Positions 34,549-39,745 of a stretch of DNA of 39,745 nt are shown piece by piece (positions within the stretch are counted from its first letter, which is position 1; the number at the start of each line of letters is the position of its first letter). The notes under the pieces were generated by a model. The model did no database searches. It was not told the DNA's origin and worked only from the letters and a program-made list of their open reading frames with translations. The position numbers and the translations under genes were made by a program. Origin of the DNA: a virus (lineage: Duplodnaviria > Heunggongvirae > Uroviricota > Caudoviricetes); the IMG/VR virus record IMGVR_UViG_2579778884_000013, one strand, 5' to 3'.

Positions 34549-34567
34549 CAGACCGAGGTAACAAGTT

Positions 34568-34720
34568 ATGCAGTGGAAAATCATCAACGGTTGGTACTGC
34601 GTTACTGCATGCGGATTCATGAGCTGGAAGTTCCGCACCTTACAGGAAGGCATTAAGTGGGCTTTCGTCAGCAAAGAAGCTCGCGATGTAGCCAACGATA
34701 ACGAGATATGGGAGGGCTGA
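34568..34720 (+). CDS. Small hypothetical protein (50 aa), not in ORF track
   Basis: GAGGT RBS 8 nt upstream; first ORF after early promoter; translation read manually. Confidence 0.35.
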   Translation: MQWKIINGWYCVTACGFMSWKFRTLQEGIKWAFVSKEARDVANDNEIWEG

Positions 34721-34722
34721 TA

Positions 34723-35022
34723 ATGAACGTTAATCAGCAGAAAAATCTTCAAAAAATCATGCTGGCATTCGACAAGGACTACCCCCTGTCAGAACAGCTA
34801 TATGACCGACAAGTTGAACTGATTGAGAGCATCCGACTTCATCAACTGTCCTCAACTTTCGACGTTGTAACAGGCAAAGGCGTTCGTCAGGAAGTGCTGG
34901 AGGCTGCTAAAGACAGCCCTGAGTTCGAAGAACTGATGGATGCCTACCGGCGCGAGGCAATGGCAATTATAGCGCGCTGGGATCTGGCGGATCAGCTTGA
35001 TGGGCAGAGGGACGCGGCATGA
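34723..35022 (+). CDS. Hypothetical early protein
   Basis: GGAGGG RBS 6 nt upstream of ATG 34723; stop overlaps exonuclease start. Confidence 0.5.
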   Translation: MNVNQQKNLQKIMLAFDKDYPLSEQLYDRQVELIESIRLHQLSSTFDVVTGKGVRQEVLEAAKDSPEFEELMDAYRREAMAIIARWDLADQLDGQRDAA

Positions 35023-35918
35023 TGCGGAACGCTGGAATCATGGATAGAACAAAATACATCGGAGGAAGCGATGTTGCAGGGATTCTTGGAATTAGCCCAT
35101 GGCGCACCCCGCTTGAGGTTTATCTGGATAAGGTACAGCCACGTGTCAAACCAGTAGACCCAAGCAAGCAGAAAGTTTTCACGCGTGGCCAGCGTATGGA
35201 GCCATACGTAATAGACCTGCTTTCTGAGGAAACAGGGATGGAAATCGTTCATCGCGGAAACCGCTATATCCACCGTGATTACGATTTTATTGCAGCTGAG
35301 ATCGATGCAGAAGCAGCGTCAGGCGAGAACATTGAGATCAAAACAGTTAGTCCGTTCAAAGCCAAAGAATGGGGAGAAATCCAGACAGATGCAATTCCTG
35401 TGCATTACACGGCCCAGGCCATGCACGGGTTGATGGTTACAAACAAACAGGTATGCGTTTTCGGTGTGCTTATCGGTGGCGACGACTTCCGAATCTATCG
35501 GGTTGAGCGTGATGAAGAAACTATCCAGGCGATCTTAGAAAAAGAAATCGCTTTCTGGGACCGAGTGAAAAATCTTAACCCGCCGGAAGCTACCAGCGTA
35601 AGCGATGTATCGCTGATGTTTGAGAAAGATGCCGGGACAAGTATCGAGGCTGACGGAAAGGCACTCGCACTATTCAACGATCTACGAGACATGAAATCAC
35701 GCAGAAAATCACTGGAAGAAGAAATAGCTATATCAGAAGAGAAGCTGAAGATGTACATGCAAGAGCACTCAGTCCTGACCCTGGACGGAAAGCCGCTCTG
35801 CACATGGAAATCTCAGATCAGCAACAGATTCGACCAGAAGCTATTCCAGTCAGTACACCCTGAGTTATTCGAAAAATTCAAAACAACAACGACACAACGC
35901 GTCTTCAGAATGAAGTAA
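35019..35918 (+). CDS. YqaJ-like viral recombinase exonuclease (lambda Exo-fold)
   Basis: N-terminal motif YIGGSDVAGILGISPWRTPLEVY typical of YqaJ domain; immediately upstream of recT. Confidence 0.8.
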   Translation: MMRNAGIMDRTKYIGGSDVAGILGISPWRTPLEVYLDKVQPRVKPVDPSKQKVFTRGQRMEPYVIDLLSEETGMEIVHRGNRYIHRDYDFIAAEIDAEAASGENIEIKTVSPFKAKEWGEIQTDAIPVHYTAQAMHGLMVTNKQVCVFGVLIGGDDFRIYRVERDEETIQAILEKEIAFWDRVKNLNPPEATSVSDVSLMFEKDAGTSIEADGKALALFNDLRDMKSRRKSLEEEIAISEEKLKMYMQEHSVLTLDGKPLCTWKSQISNRFDQKLFQSVHPELFEKFKTTTTQRVFRMK

Positions 35919-35927
35919 GGAGAAAAA

Positions 35928-36950
35928 ATGTCTATCAATGCACTTAAGGCAGCGGCTACCGGTAACCAAGTTGCACATCATAATGAGAAACCAACAACTC
36001 TGGCCGGACTTCTGGCAGACCCAAAAATTAAAGCTCAGATGGCTTTGGCACTTCCAAAGCACATGACAGCAGACCGTCTGGCGCGCATAGCAACCACAGA
36101 GATCAGAAAGGTTCCAAAACTTGCATCATGCGACCAAGCCAGCTTCCTGGGGGCAATTATGCAATGTGCCCAATTGGGTCTTGAACCAGGCGGAGCTCTT
36201 GGACACGCTTACCTGATACCGTTCGACAAACGCCAGAAAGTAAATGGAAGATGGGAAACCGTATCTACAGAAGCACAGCTGATTATCGGCTATCGCGGAA
36301 TGATTGACCTTGCCCGCCGCTCTGGGCAGATCCTGAGTATCTCGGCTCGTACCGTACATACAAACGACAAATTCAGCTACTCATACGGCCTGGAAGAAAC
36401 GCTCGAGCATTTACCTTGCGAAACAGGTGACCGCGGAGAATTAACGCACGTTTACGCCGTTGCACGACTGAAAGATGGCGGAGTCCAATTTGAAGTTATG
36501 AGCCGGGCAGACGTTGAGAAAGTTCGTGCACTGAGCAAAGCCGGTAGCAGTGGCCCATGGGTTGATCACTTCGATGAGATGGCTAAAAAAACAGTAATTC
36601 GCCGACTGTTCAAATATCTTCCTGTTTCTATTGAAATGCAGAAGGCTGTTGTTATGGATGAGCGCGCTGAAGCTGGACTTAGCCAAGATAACGCAGCTGT
36701 TATCACTGGTGAATATTCCGTAGTTGACGATGAGCGTCAACACCTGTCGCCAATTTCAGATTCAGAACGAGAAGAAGCTCGAGAATATATCATCGCGATA
36801 CTTAATAGCCTGGATCCATCTGCTGAAGATGCAAAAACGATGTTCAAGCGCGCTGAAAATGAAATTAACACCATGGCTGAAAAGCTCGGTGATGAATATC
36901 ACCAAAAATTCATGATGACGCTTAACGATATGCGTCCAGAATTCGAGTAA
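35928..36950 (+). CDS. recT: RecT-family single-strand annealing recombinase
   Basis: Extended similarity to E. coli RecT (HMTADRLARIATTEIRKVP, LGLEPGGALGHAYLIPF, IIGYRGMIDLARRSGQI, HVYAVARLKDGG). Confidence 0.9.
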   Translation: MSINALKAAATGNQVAHHNEKPTTLAGLLADPKIKAQMALALPKHMTADRLARIATTEIRKVPKLASCDQASFLGAIMQCAQLGLEPGGALGHAYLIPFDKRQKVNGRWETVSTEAQLIIGYRGMIDLARRSGQILSISARTVHTNDKFSYSYGLEETLEHLPCETGDRGELTHVYAVARLKDGGVQFEVMSRADVEKVRALSKAGSSGPWVDHFDEMAKKTVIRRLFKYLPVSIEMQKAVVMDERAEAGLSQDNAAVITGEYSVVDDERQHLSPISDSEREEAREYIIAILNSLDPSAEDAKTMFKRAENEINTMAEKLGDEYHQKFMMTLNDMRPEFE

Positions 36951-36999
36951 CCACCACCGCGGCGCCACGTGCGCCGCACTGCAACCAAGAGAGGTATTC

Positions 37000-37248
37000 A
37001 TGAAAGGTGCATTAGGTAAGAAAGAACTCCTGGCGGTGGTGCCACTGTCATGGAGCACTATCGACCGTATGGAGCGCGCAGGGGAATTTCCTAAACGCTG
37101 GTATATCACCGATAAACGCTGCGCATGGAACCGTGATGAAGTTGAGCGTTGGCTTGATGAACGTCAGGCAGCAAGCCCGGCAGAGTTCCAGGGTAAAAAG
37201 CCTCCTGTTCAGCAACGTGTATATCGTCCTGTGAGCAACGCGGCATGA
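37000..37248 (+). CDS. AlpA-family DNA-binding protein (excisionase/regulator candidate)
   Basis: Pattern LLAVVPLSWSTIDRMERAGEFPKRWYI...AWNRDEVERWL matches AlpA-type HTH; preceded by 7-bp GC hairpin (36959-36977). Confidence 0.65.
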   Translation: MKGALGKKELLAVVPLSWSTIDRMERAGEFPKRWYITDKRCAWNRDEVERWLDERQAASPAEFQGKKPPVQQRVYRPVSNAA

Positions 37249-37357
37249 GTGTGCTGCTAAGGCACTGGAGCAAATGGTCAGGATGGTACTTATTCCTGGC
37301 CTCTGTTTCAGCATGGCTTTATCTGCTGGCATTAATTTTCAGAGAGGGTTGGATTAA

Positions 37358-37657
37358 GTGAGAAAGTTAAGCCGACTTGAAAAATATCACATGAACAAGG
37401 TTTCAATGCGCAGCCCTTCAAAGGTTGTTGCCGTTACTCCTGCGGCGATAGAGATCGAAAAACGCGCGATTGAAAGAGAGAAAAAATGGCAGTTCCGCAT
37501 TGCCGCCCACCTTTGGCTTCAGTGTATGGATGTTGCTTCTGGTGATGTTGAGCGTGCAAGGATCGCGGTTCGCAGGGACCAATGTATCACAAAAGGTAAC
37601 GGCCTTCGCCGTGGAGACTATAGCGGTATAGGATGTTGCGGGGTGGTTTATGACTAA
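37358..37657 (+). CDS. Hypothetical protein
   Basis: GTG start with GAGGG RBS; stop overlaps methyltransferase start. Confidence 0.4.
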   Translation: MRKLSRLEKYHMNKVSMRSPSKVVAVTPAAIEIEKRAIEREKKWQFRIAAHLWLQCMDVASGDVERARIAVRRDQCITKGNGLRRGDYSGIGCCGVVYD

Positions 37658-38300
37658 GAAATACACGCTAATCTATGCAGATCCACCATGGGTATACCGG
37701 GACAAAGCCGCAGATGGTAATCGCGGTGCCGGTTTTAAATATCCAGTTATGAGTGTGCTGGATATCTGCCGCCTTCCTGTGTTGGATTTGGCCGCTGAAA
37801 ACTGTCTGTTGGCCATGTGGTGGGTGCCAACACAACCACTCGAAGCACTAAAAGTTGTTGAAGCCTGGGGATTTCGTCTTATGACCATGAAGGGCTTCAC
37901 GTGGATAAAATGTGGTAGTCGACAACCAGATAAACTGGTTATGGGTATGGGACACATGACTCGCGCCAATAGTGAAGATTGCCTGTTTGCGGTAAAGGGA
38001 AAACTACCTCCGCGCATTAATGCAGGGATCGTTCAGTCATTTACCGCACCGCGGCTTGAGCATTCAAGAAAGCCAGATATCGTTCGTGAAAAACTTGTGC
38101 AATTATTAGGCGATGTTTCTCGCATTGAACTGTTCGCCCGCCAGACGTCTCATGGCTTCGATGTTTGGGGTAATCAGTGCGAAGACTCGGCAGTGCAACT
38201 ACACCCTGGATACGCGTTGGATATTGGCGGATTAACAAATGCATTCAGCAATTCTCCGCTGTCACCAACAGACAACCAGGGGCGGGAGCGTGCTGCATGA
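37650..38300 (+). CDS. MT-A70-family DNA N6-adenine methyltransferase (orphan)
   Basis: Catalytic motif IYADPPW near N-terminus; no adjacent restriction endonuclease gene. Confidence 0.8.
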   Translation: MTKKYTLIYADPPWVYRDKAADGNRGAGFKYPVMSVLDICRLPVLDLAAENCLLAMWWVPTQPLEALKVVEAWGFRLMTMKGFTWIKCGSRQPDKLVMGMGHMTRANSEDCLFAVKGKLPPRINAGIVQSFTAPRLEHSRKPDIVREKLVQLLGDVSRIELFARQTSHGFDVWGNQCEDSAVQLHPGYALDIGGLTNAFSNSPLSPTDNQGRERAA

Positions 38301-38491
38301 ACATGGCATCACCAGCAGATTTAAGAAAATGCCTTGAAACTGCAAACATGCTTGCACACAGCGGGATCAGGTTTGTTCCAATTCCCGCTGTCACTGATGC
38401 TGAATTTGCAACACTGTCAGCAATATTCGAAAACAAAATTGAATCACTGGCAGCAGAAGCAGAGATGGAAGAAAATCAGCAGAACTATTAA
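38297..38491 (+). CDS. Small hypothetical protein (64 aa)
   Basis: ATG overlaps methyltransferase stop (ATGA); convergent with integrase. Confidence 0.4.
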   Translation: MNMASPADLRKCLETANMLAHSGIRFVPIPAVTDAEFATLSAIFENKIESLAAEAEMEENQQNY

Positions 38492-38494
38492 ACG

Positions 38495-39745
38495 TTATTC
38501 CCCCGCCATCCACTTCTCAAACTTCGACGGGGAGAACGGAATCAGATCCGTATGCTCCCCGTTAATCCAGGAATCAATCATATCGGCCCACTGCTGCAAC
38601 ATGTAGGCGCGCTGTCTGGCGTATTCCGCTTTGTTATATACGGCGCGCACACCTTTCTGCTCATGTGCCAGAGCCTTTTCAATCCAGTCTGAAGGATAAC
38701 CAGCCTCATGCAACAACGTACTGGCTGTACGGCGCATATCGTGTACGGTGAAGCCCTGAATATGCTCACCATCTTCATTTATTATTTTCACCGTTCTGTC
38801 GATCAGAGAGTTCAGCGCGGCATTAGATAATGGCTTCCGGAAATTGTAACGACCAGGAACCAGATATTCACTTCCACCAGCGCACATCTGCAACCCAACC
38901 AATATATCCTGTGCCTGTTTAGGCAGGTAAATAACGTGCGCCCGGCTTCCCTTCATGCGGTCTGAAGGAATTGTCCATGTCCATTTTTTAAAATCTATTT
39001 CATCCCACGTTGCATTGGTGAATTCGCCTTTACGAACCATAGTGATAAGCACCAGCTTTAAAGCCATTTTCATAGTGCCCATAGCACCAATGGCATCCAG
39101 CGTGCGGAAGAACAGACCAATTTCTTCTGGTGTCAGTGTTCGCTCTCGTGGTTTAAATATGGCGATAGACGAAGGTTTAATGTCAGCCGCAGGATTAAAC
39201 AAACCATGACCACGGTCATTGGCATGACGGTATACGCTGCTGATGATCTCCCTGGCCTGCACTGCTGTTGCCCGGCCGCCGCGTTCGACAATCCGGTCAC
39301 ACAAATCACGAACCATCGATGTGGTAATTTCAGTCATCATTTTGTTGCCAAGAACCGGAAGTATGTCACGGTCGATCACCACCTGCTTCATTGCGCGGGT
39401 ACTGTCAGCTAGGATGACATGTTTCATATAACTGTCGGTATGTACCGCAAACGTCTCGGCACCACGAATCTTTTTGATACCGTCACGTTTAGCCGCAGCC
39501 GGTGACTGGCCTGCTTTAAGCAGCTTCTTTGCAGCAATCAGTTCTTCTCGCGCTTCTGCCAGGCTGATACCGTCACGCCCATACTGCCCGATTACCAGTG
39601 TTTCGCGGCGACCGTTGATACGGTAGTCATAGCGAAACGAGACCGTGCCTGACGTAAGCACAGCTACATACAGCCCGTCACGATCGGAGACCTTGTACAG
39701 TTTGTCCTGCGGCTTGAGGTTTTTTAATTTTGTATCGGTAAGCAC
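38495..39745 (-). CDS. int: Tyrosine integrase (P4-type); 5' end abuts window edge
   Basis: N-terminus LTDTKLKNLKP typical of P4-like integrases; C-terminal catalytic residues (HDMRRT ... AHE ... VYNKAEY); first codon at window edge is GTG. Confidence 0.9.
   Translation of the reverse strand: MLTDTKLKNLKPQDKLYKVSDRDGLYVAVLTSGTVSFRYDYRINGRRETLVIGQYGRDGISLAEAREELIAAKKLLKAGQSPAAAKRDGIKKIRGAETFAVHTDSYMKHVILADSTRAMKQVVIDRDILPVLGNKMMTEITTSMVRDLCDRIVERGGRATAVQAREIISSVYRHANDRGHGLFNPAADIKPSSIAIFKPRERTLTPEEIGLFFRTLDAIGAMGTMKMALKLVLITMVRKGEFTNATWDEIDFKKWTWTIPSDRMKGSRAHVIYLPKQAQDILVGLQMCAGGSEYLVPGRYNFRKPLSNAALNSLIDRTVKIINEDGEHIQGFTVHDMRRTASTLLHEAGYPSDWIEKALAHEQKGVRAVYNKAEYARQRAYMLQQWADMIDSWINGEHTDLIPFSPSKFEKWMAGE

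Larger units (their letters stand above)
1141..39745. mobile_element. Prophage: temperate phage with T7-like short-tail virion module and lambdoid regulatory module; right end (integrase side) runs to or beyond window edge
   Basis: Contiguous integrase, repressor/cro, O/P replication, terminase, portal, capsid, tail tube, ejection proteins, tailspike and lysis genes; left junction must lie between terminator (1140) and Rz stop (1266). Confidence 0.85.

Overview
Almost the whole window (about 1.14 kb to the right edge) is a single integrated temperate phage; only the first ~1.1 kb (two + strand genes and a bidirectional terminator) looks like chromosomal flank. The prophage combines a T7-like short-tail virion module with lambdoid-style regulation. 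On the - strand, reading from high to low coordinate: a P4-type tyrosine integrase at the right edge (38495..39745, abutting the window end); a Cro-like regulator, a replication initiator with ori iterons inside its own gene, and a lambda P-like helicase loader (31457..33675); a run of small early genes; terminase small and large subunits; portal, scaffold and major capsid; tail tubular A- and B-like proteins; five internal virion (ejection) proteins; an 820-aa tailspike; and a lysis cassette (two membrane proteins, GH19-type endolysin, Rz with embedded Rz1) at the left end. On the + strand: a two-HTH repressor without a peptidase domain (33830..34414), followed by an early operon with a YqaJ-like exonuclease, RecT, an AlpA-like regulator and an MT-A70 adenine methyltransferase; a tRNA-Arg(UCU) unit plus a Gp49-like gene inserted antisense between terminase and portal; and a 3-kb accessory island between the ejection genes and the tailspike. 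The most interesting signals are (1) a perfect LexA box in front of a small protein that is a paralog of the C-terminal domain of the adjacent AntA-like protein, suggesting SOS induction through an antirepressor; (2) a 15-bp palindrome TTACC-N5-GGTAA present at least 12 times, three of them between the cro-like and repressor genes and the rest at other intergenic regions; (3) a 210-aa orphan gene and a divergently encoded lipoprotein with no recognisable family. All family assignments rest on motifs read from the translations and on gene order; no database search or folding was run. The provided ORF track reports GTG/TTG starts as M, so several starts were moved to the nearest ATG with a Shine-Dalgarno sequence.
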